61,420 nucleotides of DNA, filler included, from Sphacelaria rigidula (GCA_964200075.2; 11 parts of 11 records of this genome joined end to end with filler, not necessarily neighbours in it); one strand, 5' to 3'. Shown: positions 36,193-49,200, counted from the first letter of the whole stretch. Numbers and translations: made by a program. Notes: a model not told the origin generated them from the letters alone.

Positions 36193-38987
36193 TTACTCCC
36201 CAGTGAATGCCTGCGGTGCGAATTTCGTTCCTTCGCCCCCCGCTCTTACGTACGTCATGAAGGCCAACGATTTCCACCTCCCTGCCCTCTGAATCTGCAG
36301 TTGCGACGCCCCCTGCGACGCCCGATGTGTCGCACCCCCGATCCCACCGGAGTACAGCGCGTACTGCGTTGGGTCCCTGTCTGTACTGGAAATTTATTTG
36401 CCTAAGCGCGCTCGTCGCGCGCGCCCGAGTGACTGCTACCCATCCGGTCTTACCTACGGTCTGCATCAGCGGAGCTTCTGCCCCCAACTCTAAGTAGTAG
36501 TCAAGCAGCTCGAGTATGAGCTCTAGCGCCCCTATGTCTTCAGATCTTTTGGTGTCTCGCGCACTTCCCCCCACTCTTGTTCGATTTACCACCACCCCTA
36601 GGCGTTTTTGGACCGCCTTGGGGGTTCTGGAACGCACCTTGACCCCATCAGCCATGCCCCTGTCTGACCAGATCAGTTGGGAGTTTTATCTGAAGAAGGT
36701 AACGTCTGCCCTCCGGAGGGAAAAGTCTGGATGTACCGAAGCATCGTTGTATGCCCAGATTTCGGAGGCCCTACACAGAAGAAAATACGACAGGGCTAGG
36801 CCTATCCATGTGACTCAGCCCTGTGTCGTATTCATTTCTAGCATTCCCCCTTCAACAAACAGCGTTAGCGTCAGCGGTTTTCGCACGCAGAGCCTTACTT
36901 CCGATTTTTCGTGTGCTCGAGCAACTCCCTTGAGCACGGCCGCTATCATGCGGTATTTCATAGGCAACTCCCGACCGGTATACGTCTTGGTAAAAGCTTA
37001 TCGCTGACAAATACCCCCGCACTGTCCACCTCTGGGTTTTGTGGGTAAAACGCCGCCACACAATAAATTTAGTGACATCGATTACCGCGCTAGCCTCGCC
37101 GTCGGTCCTTGACATATATACGGGCTTTTCTCGGCGAGCCCTCCACTCGGACCACTTTTCGAACTTTTTTTCGTACCCGCTTCTTGTGCTGGCGTTAACT
37201 GACGCGTGGGCTAGTAGGTCTACTAGCTTTGCAACGCCCTTCTCGTCTCTGGCGGGGCCTCCCTTCGGCCTTGCAAAGGTATCACGAGTTCAGTGCGGGG
37301 CCAGTCTTCTTGTCGGGGCATTATGTTCCAGATCCGTTCGTCTAGGCTGTACTACAGGGGGTTTTCATGCAGAATCATTTCGAGTATATCTCTGCCTTGA
37401 TTTCCTAGATCTTACTGCTCCAAATTGAGGTTCCCTGATAACCGTGCTACCTCCTCGGCCACATCCGACCCTGGCCATCTCGAGATGCCGTCTGCTAGTT
37501 CTTTTTCGACGCCGAGTATGTGTTTCGCTATGGTACATCCCCCGGTTGCGACTTCCATGCGACCCATCCTTCTCATCAGGAGGGCGGCGCGTCTGTCTTT
37601 CGAGCCCCCGCATTTATTTACTCAGTGTAAAGCCGACGAGTTGTCGCCGCGCACCAGGATTGGATCCCCTCTCTCTGTGGGCCTTTCACCCTTATACGTC
37701 TGAATAGCGCAGGCGGTCATGAACACTCCACACACTTCTAGCAGATTAATCGGGATCATGCAGGTCTTTCTATTTCTTGCTTTTCTCTTCAGTTCGCATG
37801 TGAGCTCATGTGGTCGAGAGTACCGCCAAAAAAACCCAAGCTCTGGGCAGTATCCTTCTACCGCTGCCAGGCTCGCGTCGGAGATGTGTCTACGAGATGC
37901 GGTGCGTTTGGTGTGGGCAAAAAACGAGGCGCCAAGCGAATCACCGCGTTGCACCAGGTTCTCTGTGATAGCCCATTTCCCAAAAGCGATATCCTCGTGA
38001 AAGTCCCATCCAAGGTTCACTGTCCATCTCACCTTACGTTTCCTTTTTGCAGCTACGTGTAGGTCGGTGAGGCGTAATAGTTACCGTACGAAGTATTTTC
38101 CGGGTCTTACAACCAAAGTGAGGTTCCAGACTTTCCAGCTATGCTAAGTACGTATTGCGCGGTCGCGCGTGTCTTGTCCGCGGGCCAGTCGAGCTCCAGC
38201 AATTCTTTGATTGTGTCTACCTTTTCTCGAGTGACCGCTATCCTCATGGTGGGTGTGTCAATCGTGAATCCCAACGGGTCTACACTGGTGTCCCAGTTTG
38301 TACTTCTTTCGGGTGCGAGAATGGGTATCTCGCCTGGCTCTCCGGAACTGAACTGTCTGAGGCGATCTGGGGCTAACAAAGCTGAGGCGACTAGCGCCGA
38401 TTTATCTTGCGCGCCGTGCTGTACCCTTGCTAGGATGTAGTCATCCACGTACACGCTAACGAAAAGGGGTCGTGCAGTCCCCCCCTATTTGCTGGGGGAA
38501 TAGCAGCGGCGGGCGGGACCTGTGTAGGCGTCCCTTCTTCCCAGGGCTCAACTATGGTCACGTGCTTCGTCATCCCTCTACCTCCTTCGAGCATTATGGC
38601 GTCGAGTGTTGTATTGCGGTATTGCAGTGTGCGTGTTCAGTGTCCTATGATAAGAGTCCCCAGTAGCCGGGGGATCCCGTCCATCCAAACGTGACCCGAA
38701 AGTCTTCTACTATAACGTCATCTACCACGTAGAAGCAGTTTTGCGCCTGGTCGGGTGCGATCCTGACATTTCTGAATTCATTCGAAACGTCCGCCTTCGA
38801 CAGAAGGATTCTGCTATCCGGAAACTCGACGCGTAACTCCAGGAGTTCATTCAGTAGTTTTGGGAGTGCTTCTCCGCACAGGGATTGCGGCACCTCGTCT
38901 ACGACCGTGTCCCGGTTGAGGTTGCCTTTCTCTCCTTTCGGTAGGCTGGGGTCAGACGAGAAATCGTTGATAATGCTGACTTTGCTA
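36193..38987 (-). mobile_element. Decayed tyrosine-recombinase retrotransposon (DIRS/Ngaro-type): RT, RNase H, YR
   Basis: RT: SKADVSNEFRNVRI...FGWTGSPGYW and VYVDD..., LGFTIDT. RNase H: ISDASLAAVEG, INLLEV, VRGDNSSA. YR C-terminus in an alternative frame: YALYSGGIGGAT...IQRAGRWKSLAFMTYVR (36230-36370). Multiple stops and frameshifts. Cut at 38988 by another element's TIR. Confidence 0.9.
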
Positions 38988-39051
38988 GAGTCATCCTACG
39001 ATAGGGGGGGGGGGATTTTGGACCATTTGTTGCTCGAAATTTCGAGTCAGA
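38988..39051 (+). mobile_element. End of a GAG-terminated TIR element interrupting the YR retrotransposon. Same end inverted at 39167-39192
   Basis: GAGTCATCCTACGATAGGGGGGG here. CCCCCCCTATCGTAGGATGACAC at the start of the next, unlinked scaffold. Confidence 0.65.
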
Positions 39052-39374
39052 NNNNNNNNNNNNNNNNNNNNNNNNNNNNNNNNNNNNNNNNNNNNTTAAT
39101 TAATTAANNNNNNNNNNNNNNNNNNNNNNNNNNNNNNNNNNNNNNNNNNNNTTCGTGCAACCAAAGACCCCCCCCCCTATCGTAGGATGACACAACAGAT
39201 ATGCTCTTCTTGCGTTCTGCAGTCTGGTGTCCCCTATGTTCATCGCGTGTATGCATGTATAGTTGAAATTTCGGTTTTTCAGAATCAAATTTCCGTATTT
39301 TAGAATCAAAGTGTCAGATCCATCATCAGGGCTCCGCGTATTGCCTATTATGCACATATGATAACACTAATGGT

Positions 39375-40226
39375 ATGATTGTGATAATCGCTGGAAAAAG
39401 TCTCATGGACGACTGTCATCGTTCCCAAAGACATTACGCCATTTTTATGTTCTCACTGCATCGAGCTACTGTCGCATCTGAAGTTTGGCTACCAATTGTT
39501 TTGGCCAGTGCTCTTCCGTTGAACTTTGCCGGTCAGCCCCGCGATCCGAAAATCAACGAGTTGTGCGTCATTTCATCGCCTTCGGGAGCAAGCCTGAAGC
39601 ACATGGACATCGGAGGCTGGGGGCAGCTAATTATTTACAACACCCCAGAAGAAGCGGTGGATTCCCTGACAGACGAGGAGGCGGAACACCAACACGTCAG
39701 GTGGATTTCGGTGGCAACCAATCGTCAACTCTCGCGGATACTGGCGAGAGGGAAGGAGTTGTGCCGACCTCGCGCCGCCCTCTACATGAGACTAGACCGT
39801 ACCTGCCCCTTGTATCACCTGTCGTGGGACGAGGTGGACGAAGACGCCCTCCTTACGATGGACTCGTCGGTCCCGCAGGGGGGCAGCCGAGATGCAATGC
39901 TGGACGCTGTAAAGGGCAGAAGGGAGGGGGTCAAGTATGCCGTGCGCGCCACCATCAAAAATGTCAAAGCTATCACCAGTAGGAATGCTTACAAGAGCCC
40001 CCTCTACGTCCACCCTGGGCAGTGCGTCATGGGGGGAACGGGGTTCCGGGTCCTCACGTCCGTTATCACGTCCAAGCGGAAACAGAGAAGGGTGCCGAAC
40101 AATGTTGAGGGGGGTGAAGGCGCCGATTCCGACAGTGAAGACGAAGATAGTGTAGATGGTGTCGGCGGCGACAAAAATCCGACGGCGAAGAAAGTGCTGC
40201 CGAGTACGAGTGTTGAAGGGGGGTGA
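39375..40226 (+). CDS. Uncharacterised protein, probably a terminal exon (real start perhaps near 39466), possibly transposon-borne
   Basis: Longest ORF in the window (283 aa), coding-like after about 39466, globular-looking region followed by basic KRKQRR and an acidic tail. No family recognised. Confidence 0.55.
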   Translation: MIVIIAGKSLMDDCHRSQRHYAIFMFSLHRATVASEVWLPIVLASALPLNFAGQPRDPKINELCVISSPSGASLKHMDIGGWGQLIIYNTPEEAVDSLTDEEAEHQHVRWISVATNRQLSRILARGKELCRPRAALYMRLDRTCPLYHLSWDEVDEDALLTMDSSVPQGGSRDAMLDAVKGRREGVKYAVRATIKNVKAITSRNAYKSPLYVHPGQCVMGGTGFRVLTSVITSKRKQRRVPNNVEGGEGADSDSEDEDSVDGVGGDKNPTAKKVLPSTSVEGG

Positions 40227-40769
40227 AAGCAAAAGTGAGAGCTGCGGGCTTTCGGCGGGTGCGGGTTGAGGGATGGTCAAGTAGGTGGTGGTGTTGTTGT
40301 TGGTGGGACTAGTGGTGATGTCGGATTGACACGAGTGCATCATTGGGCATGCGGTAGTGTTATTCTGGTTCCCCCTTCGTAAAGTAGATGTCGGTGGTTG
40401 ATTGTTCCTTCATTGCAGGCGGTAAGACGTGTGGCAGTTGAGCGAATAGGGCACGGAGGGGACACGCAAGAGTGTTGAGGCGTGATCTGGACGTTTTTTG
40501 TTCGTCGTTGCCGCAGGCGTCACCATGTTTCACTTTTGTTGATCCACTCCGCTTGTTGGCCATGCCCGCTTTTTGTCCAGGGCGGAAGAGCAGGTAAAGA
40601 AATAACTTCATCTATCTGTTGATCCACTCCGCTTGTTGGCCATGCCCGCTCCTTGTCCAGGGCAGAAGAGCAGGTGAAGAAATAATTGCAGAAACATCCG
40701 AAAAAGAAGGCGTTGCTCTTGCGCCGCCGATGAAGAGCACGACACAATCGCCCGAGTACTCGCTGTATA

Positions 40770-41290
40770 TCACGTGCGGGTTGATAGTCGCAGTCGATCG
40801 TGTGGAAATAATCCTTCCGTGTGACGTTCACACATCATTGATGGTAGATGGCAGATACCGCACACAACGCACACAGATGCACACCCATATTAGCTGCCAC
40901 ACACCATACCGTGCGGTCACCGAAGCGGCACGGCAGCGATTAGACCACTGTATTCTTGAAGGAACAAACGAAGGACGCGGGCAAGGACCTCCTCGTCGGT
41001 CACAAGTTCTCCCGTGCCATCACGTGCGGGTTGATAGTCGCAGTCGATCGTGTGGAAATAATCCTTCCGTGTGACGTCCACACATCATTGATGGCAGATG
41101 GCAGATACCGCGCACAACGCACACAGATACACACCCATATTAGCTGCCACACACCATGCCGTGCGGTCACCGAAGCGGCACGGCAGCGATTCTACTGTAT
41201 TCTTGAAGGAACACACGAAGGACGCGGGAAAGGACCTCCTCGTCGGTCACGGGTTCTCCCGTGCCGTCGTCGGCGACACGCGTGCGGGTA
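40770..41290 (+). repeat. 250-bp tandem duplication, plus an 80-bp duplication at about 40538-40690
   Basis: CACGTGCGGGTTGATAGTCGCAGTCGATCG begins at 40771 and 41021. GTTGATCCACTCCGCTTGTTGGCCATGCCCGCT at 40538 and 40618. Confidence 0.9.
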
Positions 41291-42332
41291 GCCACACCAG
41301 CTTTCGAAACTGCTTGGCACCCGAGGACAAGCGAAAGCGCTTTCCCTGACGGAACTGTTTCGGTCGAATTGCCAAAATCCCAAATACAGGTTGAACCCCA
41401 TTTTTGTTGAACTCCATTTTTCAGGATCCTCTGTCGAACGTTGATCGACCTGATGGAATTGCTGGTGTAGCGAAATGGCCGCGTGTGCATTATCACTGGC
41501 CTCGTGCTCGACAAGACCTTTCTTCTAACTTGTTATAATCACGGAGTGATCCTCAATAGATCACGAGCTAGACAGCACATAACAGGGGATTCTATAAAAT
41601 GAGGTTCATCAATGAAATGAGGTTTGAAGACCCTAGCCGTTGAATATCACAAAGACCTCAAGAGTATCGGACGACGCTGCTGATGTGTAATTTTGGGGAG
41701 GAGTAGGAAGTGCGTCCGTGGTTGCACATGTCGCCCACCCCTGGTTAGCTGCGGGCGACGGACGGCGTCAAACTTCACCATGGTCAGAAGAAAAAGCGGA
41801 AACCATGTCAACCATTTGTCCATGGGAGAGCGATTGATTGTCCATGATGTTCTCACTGTGGTGCCTCGAGCCCGTGTCCAGCAGAAAATATACGGCGTCA
41901 AGCTGATCGTCACTGACGGGCATGAGGACAGAAGTAGCTTTTCACTATCCCGGAGACGAGCACATACCAAATCATGATATAAAATTGGGATATCATGGAA
42001 TATTGTGACAACGCGTTCTAGAGAAGGCAATGCTATCTAATATCCGTGCGGGTTTTACCAGGTTCGAGCATTCATGCCGCTGCAATGGACCACTCGACAC
42101 AACACCAGCCCTACGACGGGCGATAGTGTGGGAGGAACTCTTGGCAAGAAATAGATCAACCTCGTCACGGGTGCATAGGCCCTTGATTATGCTGGTCGCA
42201 CTCCAGCAGATCACCTAGGGTCCACCCGAGCAACCCGAGGCCTCACGTGCTGAATCACGACTTCACGACGATAGTCGAAGCCCCCAATCTTCCGCGACTA
42301 ATGCGATGAGGAAAAGACAGGAAAGCTACGCA

Positions 42333-44644
42333 TCAACCCCTGGCCCTCTTCTCCATTGTACCCAATACTGGCTTGGGAATCCTGTCACCAACGTTTAGCT
42401 TCTCGCACGAAGCGACAACCAGCTCTGCTTGCACCCGCTCTACGTCCGGCACTAACTTTCGCCTCTTGTTCTTACTGCCCATTGTACACCCTTCACTGTT
42501 TCCCACTGTCTTGTAATCTGCCGTAATTTTTCCTTTGCCGTACTCGCCGATGTTATAGGCAGAAGCGTTGTTTCGAATGGCGGAGGTGGCCGGCGACTAC
42601 CAGCGCACCTCAACTTCTCCGGCTTCGCCATCGGTCCCCTCGCGCTTGTCCGTAATCCTACCCACCAAAAACGGAGCTTTATCACCGAGAAAGAAAACAA
42701 AATGTCCCTTGTCGAACGAGGGAATATACCCTGGTGGATGGCCATCTCCGTCGCCCCCGCTACCTAGCACTAAGTTATCGACACCATCTTTTCCCGGATC
42801 CTCACCGACAGGCGCCTTCCGCCCCCGCACAGACCCCTCGACTACATCAACATCCCCATCTGCCCCCGCTCTCTCTCCCCGTGATCCTCCAGATGACTGC
42901 ACGCCATTACGCGTGAACCAATGACACGGGAGGTTCCACGGTACTGAGCTTTTCGCGGCCAGAAGTCGGTGGGACGTCGCCATGTCGTCCTCGATGGCCT
43001 GCTGTTTGTCGAAATCTGCGCGTCGCACGGGAGGGTGGAGGCAATGCATCTGAGGTATTCAGGGCTCGGATGCTCTCCTGCGGTGGGGAAAATGATATGA
43101 GAAATAAGGGTGATAAACTTGGACCCGCCGTCCGCAGCGAAAACAAAATAAATAGAGTACACAGCGATCAGGATACAGTGTCACCACTTGGGGTGCTTAG
43201 AGGTGCAACGCATCGAGGGGGTAGAGGGCAGCTAGCCGACTGTGGACGGTGTTGTAGCGAGCCAGTATGGTATCTCGCGGTGCGGCATCCACCTCCTTCA
43301 GGTCGAATGGAGGTGCGCAGTCCAGATCTGGAACACCCATGCGGAAGAGCGGGTGAGGGGCTCCCTCGTAGATCCCGGCGGCCGGCTTTCCCGTGAAGAC
43401 TGTAGCATACATGTGCTTCTTCATGCCGACGGTCACCTGCTCCGTCCCCGCTGGGCGGATTTCGAATGAACGGGGCTGAGCCACGCCACGAATGGGCAGC
43501 ACGCGGCCACCTCCACCGACAGCTCCTTTGAAGTTGCCGAGGAGCGAAGAGTGGTGGTGAACACCTCCAGTGCCTTGTATGCCTTGCGAAAAGCTTCCGC
43601 CTGCTGCCTTCTCGTGAACAGGCAAACTCCCTTGCAGTGAATGGAAATCCTGGTAAACAATTCCAATGCTTTTGCCGTCGGTTATTGCTATATACATCTA
43701 ATTTTCTTCTCATCGCCACCTCGCTGTACGCATAAAACATATCTCTGAATATGCCAGGACGAAATCAGGCCTGTTTATTCGACCCATGTTATTATGGTAT
43801 TCTGGAGCGTAAGTACGTGTGCTGTGGGTCATCCTGGATTCACGTCCAGTCCACCTACGGCGCTTCGAAATCGCATATATCTGGACACCGTGTCGCGTGG
43901 AGTATCGCTGCCGGAGGCGGTATTTCATCTGCTCTTGAGGTTTTGCCCACCGCGTCTGTGGAGGCAACGCATGACTTGTGCGACCCGTGTCAACAACGGC
44001 AGAGGTACTCGTGCAGTGAGAGATTTCGTCTGAAAAAAATAAGACAACGTGAACGACAAAAAAATTCCAAAATATGGCGGGAGTATTGAGTGATGGGTGC
44101 GGTTTCACGTCTGCAGTATCACAGTAGAAGGCGAACGATTTCGTTCATCCCTTCCAGTGCGGTGGGGATGGTGTCTCCTTGCCCCCCGTCGTATTCGCGG
44201 ATAAATTACAATTTAGTTTGACGTGGTCACGGGGGGGAACAGCGGGGTCGCGGGTAGATGATGTAATCATCACCGGATCTTGTGATGGGTGGGTCCGTTC
44301 GTGTACTGGATAAAACCAACGTCTTGGTTGGATTCACTACGGTTCGTATAAGGAACGACCATTTTTTCCCGTGGCACAAAGCTACATGATTTCCTCCAAT
44401 TGTCACTGTTGTCTGCAAGGATAATCCTAACGCACCTCGAACAGACCTGGTCTATTATGATGTGGGTATATCCCACCATCATGAAATTAATCTCCACGCG
44501 GCCGATCTTCCCACGAACCACAAGACATCCGAGGTATCCCAGCACGATGTGGTTCTTATTTTCTCCAACACAGTTGTCGAGTTGCAGATACAGCTCATCG
44601 ATGTAAGCTGGTGTGTCGCCGGTGCAGTGCAAGTCGAATAATCG
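42333..44644 (-). pseudogene. Spliced DUF7869/Sola-related DDE-type transposase, C-terminal half, disrupted
   Basis: LYLQLDNCVGENKNHIVLGYLGCLV...VEINFMMVGYTHIIIDQVCSR (44436-44644), a phase-2 GT-AG intron (43650-44435), then ISIHCKGVCLFTRRQQAEAFRKAY. Frameshift near 43545. Further exon about 42333-43080 with an in-frame TAG at 42597. Confidence 0.75.
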
Positions 44645-46277
44645 NNNNNNNNNNNNNNNNNNNNNNNNNNNNNNNNNNNNNNNNNNNNTTAATTAATTAA
44701 NNNNNNNNNNNNNNNNNNNNNNNNNNNNNNNNNNNNNNNNNNNNTAATCTGTGCTTGCCGACCTCAGCCAGATTGCCTAATAATCTGTGGAGATCACCGT
44801 AGATTTTACTGCACACGGATTTTTGTTCAGCGGCCGCTCTCGAAACCTTGGGGCCAAGCGAATCTGAAAAGTAGGCTAGGCTCCTATCTGTGGGGTGATG
44901 CAAAAGGTCCAAGACGTGTGTTGGCGATTTTCCCTGTTTGGGGGTGAAAAGTGGCTCAAACAACGTCCCTGAAGTGAACAATCCGTGGGCCATAACATCT
45001 GGCCTGAGAATAAGAAATAACGCTGGTATCTGTTGCTCAAGTAAGGTTTTGAGCCTCGCTCGAAATAGCTGTTCTCATGATGAGTGGACCGCCACTGTAT
45101 GCTTGACGTGGGTGGGGACGTCCATTCTTCTAACAACACCACTCCCACGATCGATTATGCAGTAAAATGTGAGAAGTCGACACACACCACCCCAGACGGT
45201 GGGGTTTGGCCCAGTCCGAGCGTCTGCGTGATGGCTGTCGGAAGTTGTTGTTAATTTTGACTTGAGGCAGATGATGCTTGGTTTGTACTCAGAGAGATCA
45301 CCCTTCGCCGCCAGTTTGCGTCGACGAAAAAAAAGGATAGTGGAGAATATTTTCGTTGGTTCCTCAACCAAGTAGGATTATTATTAGGGTTAGGGTCAGG
45401 GTTAGGATACCCGAACAAAAAAACTCGGCGTCGACCACCGCGGCTCGGCAAAGTCGCAGCGGTTATAAGCTGTAAGCAAACGGACACGAAGCGAGAACCA
45501 GGAGCAACAGCATTTCTGCCTTCGTCAAATTTCATCTTTCCCCGCGTTTCTCCCACTTCTTTCGTTGTGTTTTCCCCCCAGACCCAAGTGTTCACGGCCA
45601 ATTGCCCCGCGAGTTTTCCTACTATTTTTCGTCTTCTCTGCAACTGCGGTCACTGCTACAGCCGATACAGACGGGGTGGATGATGTCGTCCGATACGTCA
45701 ATCTATTAGCGTTTCTTTTCGCTTACGCTTCGCTGCACGCTGCCGAACGCGAGAAATAGATTATGGTGAGAGTGTGTTACGAGTTTCTGCACTCATCGTG
45801 GTCACTTTCGTAGTATAAACCACGTAGTATAAAATTACGGAAAAAACACCAAAAGTTGTTATGCATATCCACCGCGTAGTCGGTAGTCCGTGTATGCTCA
45901 AGGTGGGTGGAGACATGCATTCTTAAAACGACACTCGCCACGATTGGGCTTGGTCAGTCAAATGCTAGAAGTCAACACGCATGCCACCCCAGCAGGTGGG
46001 GTTCGGCTCAGTCCGGGCGTTCGCGACATGGCTGTCGGTAGCCGTTGCTACGCGAGGGTCAAACGCCAGGGATAAGCAGATCCCAAAGAAGTGAAAATTT
46101 CGCAGTGGTCACGCCCGATGAGGAGTGTGGACTGGACAGAAAAGACACATCATTATTAATACGAGCGAGAATCCTTGTAAAATGCGTTGCGTGCCCATCC
46201 TGATCGGACACACGTCACACAACATATGCACATGAAAATGGTAGCTCAGTGACGCCACATGAACGACTCAACCATCT

Positions 46278-49200
46278 CTACAAGCCATCCATGTCGTCAA
46301 AACCGTCATCGTCTGCTTTTCGCCGCTTGGCTGATCGATTGCTGTCCCCGGGGCCTCGAATGTCTCGCGACGCCTTCGCTCTCAACGTGTCCATGTCTTC
46401 CTTGTCTTCCGCCCACTCGCCCACAAGATGTCGACCGTACAAGTGTGTAGACTCCAGTGACATTTTGGCGTTCAAAGCCTCCTGTATCGTCGTCCATAAA
46501 GACGGGTGAGGCAACGAGATCAAAGTATGTACAGCCGCCACCCCAAACCATCCAAACGTGCAAAATACTCATCGGTAACAGCCGTAATTATCCGTCATGG
46601 ATTGATTGATTGGTCGTCGCATTTCAACTGATCATGACCCCGCAGCGATCCAGCAGTGGTTACATGATAGACGTATCCGAGACGAAATAAAACTGAAGCA
46701 CTCGCTCAAGAAAAAATAATTAACAAAAAAAGTGGAACAAAACAACAGAACGGACTACGAAAAAAAGTATAAAAAAAAAGGACCACCCTCATGCCCAGTC
46801 AGTCGTCGAAAACAAAAGGCCTTGCGGAAAAATTGCGGCTCATGTACTACGATCACACTGTGTGAGGTGTGGACCCGCTCGTTCATGGACAAACACTCTA
46901 GCGAGGTACCACACTGCTCTAACATACATCGGCAGGAAAGAACACACACACAAAATGATGGGAGAAAAGGAGAGCATACAAGAATGAGACTACGGAAGTG
47001 GGTGAGCTAAACTAATTCAGGGCAGTAGAGCAGATACAGACACACACCAGAGGGCACCGCAGAATCACCGACGAAAGGCACAATCAACAATCGATAGAAG
47101 CAGACAGGATTCTTCGATTGGCGGCTCTTCATGCAGCAGTCTCTCGTTTGTGACGGCGGTCCGATTCTCGTCTGTCTTCGCGTTGCCACATGCATCATAA
47201 AACACACCCAAGGTATGGAAGGGCGAAAGGGCACGTTGTACACACCTGTGGGGTGAGGAAGTCGACGAATGCGAATCCTCGGTGCCCTCCATCGAACTTT
47301 TTCGGCAGTCGTACTCGCTTCAACTGGCCAAAGCACGAGAAAAGCTCGCGCACCTCCTTTGCTGTTGCCTGCGTTGTTTCAGTGCGAACCGACGCAACAC
47401 TCATCTCAAGACCGAAACAAACAAATTACCAGGTACATGATGGCGAAAAACTGGTTATGGAGTGCTGAAATCGTGGCAAAAAAATGGAAAAACTGAAAAC
47501 GAAATGCCTCTGCAGGACTCAAGATCGAATTCATGAGCTTTGGGTGGTATGGATGGCAAAGACGAGGGCCGTACCTGGAACGGCACATTTCGGATTATAA
47601 GCTTCGAGGATTTCGCCTCGCTTGATTCAGCGGTCTTGACTCCAGGCTTCTTCGTAAGCCGCTTGGTGGAGCGCTTGAGCTCTAACGCGTGCCCATCCAG
47701 TACCGTCCCTTGAAGGCTCTGCGAACCATGACAAGATCGAGATATGCAACTTTGTTGAGTGCGAGAGTACCCTTCGGTGCCCATTGCTTTGTGTGTGATG
47801 GTCGCGAGCAGAAAAATATAAACGTACGGCACAGCGCACTGCCCGGTGGTCCAGTTGCTCATCGTGTCACATAGTTGGGTGAGCGAGTGAATAGTGCGTT
47901 GCTGTAGCATGTGCCGGAGCCAAAGTTTCAAGTAGGCCGTGTAATGCACGCTCTGTTCCCTGCACTGCCTTAATTAAGGTGTGGGTTGTCACGAAAAGAA
48001 ACAGCCGGCTTCGCAGCCATCGAACTTGGCCAAAGTCAGCACTGGTTATTCCTGTCGCAGTCCTGCGCCAAGTCGTTTGTGATTCCCACTCTGTGGGGAA
48101 GCTAGTAATAACTCGTGTTATTTGTACATTAATTCATCATCCATGGGTTGTGGCGGGAGATCGATGATGCCCGGGAACGGGTTACACTACCTTCCCACCC
48201 TGAAACGCCCTCGAGACCCGTGCTGGATTCCACAGGGTTTTCAGATGAATTTTCATTGGCGGACACCTGAGATAGACTGTATATAAAGTATCGAAAATGC
48301 CAACAAGCACTCAAGCCGAATCTAGACTTCGCAACAGATCTCAGGCGATCGGAAGTGAGCAGCGAATTCAGGCCAGTCATAGGGCAGAGCACTGGGAGAG
48401 ACGCTCAGCACAAACACATTTCGTGCCATGATGTAAATTTGCCTTGTTCAACGGCACAGGCGAGTGACAAGAACAACGAACATCCAACATATATCGTCAG
48501 AAGACAAAATAACCACGTAGAGTAGTATGTTCCGCACCGTAAGGGCCTTTTCAGCCACGTTCGCGTCAGAGCACTCCACGAACCCAATCCCACTACTTAG
48601 CATGGCCTCGCTCGCGCCCTTGCCTCTCCTTTTTGGGATAGACACCGATCTAACCCTCAGGCCTTCCCTTTCGAAGCAAGCTCTTAACGCCGCTTCCTTC
48701 GTCGAAAACGAGAGGTTCTTCACGAACAAAGTAAGCGGCTCTTCGAACGCCCGACCTGCTTCGACCTCGTCCTCATCCACCTGCACGAACGTCCGAAATC
48801 AACTTGATGAGATGGCGCAGAAAAACTATATATTCTACGGAGTAGGCAGATTGAGAGGCTTCTATCGGGGTCAGTATGATGGTCAAGCCGGCATGAGCGT
48901 CATGAGTGCTCCAACATCGACCAGGCATCCCAGCATAACAATACGCGTAACCGTGAGTCAGGGCACCCTGCCCATCAACGGTATGTTGCGCATGAGCTAT
49001 GAGCTCGATCAGATGCTGCGTTCATGGGTGATTGTTGCGCAATCTGTTGAAGCACCAGTGTTACAAGAGCACGTGCCAGTACTTTCATGGCAGAGCACAC
49101 GTCACATTCCAGCACACGTGCGCAAGGGCACCGAGAAACAAATCCGATTTATGCCAATCACCTTGGTCTCTTCGCCCGCTGCCGCTTTTGCTGATGAAGG

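Noticed and set aside
38988..39192. Inverted termini facing each other across the linker as one intact transposon
   Set aside because: They lie on separate length-sorted scaffolds and their outer flanks show no TSD. Adjacency is coincidental.
48190..48266. Extra RBM19 exon (VSANENSSENPVESSTGLEG...)
   Set aside because: It has an acceptor-like site, but would split an RRM that joins cleanly without it (AEKALT|SLQGTVLDGH).
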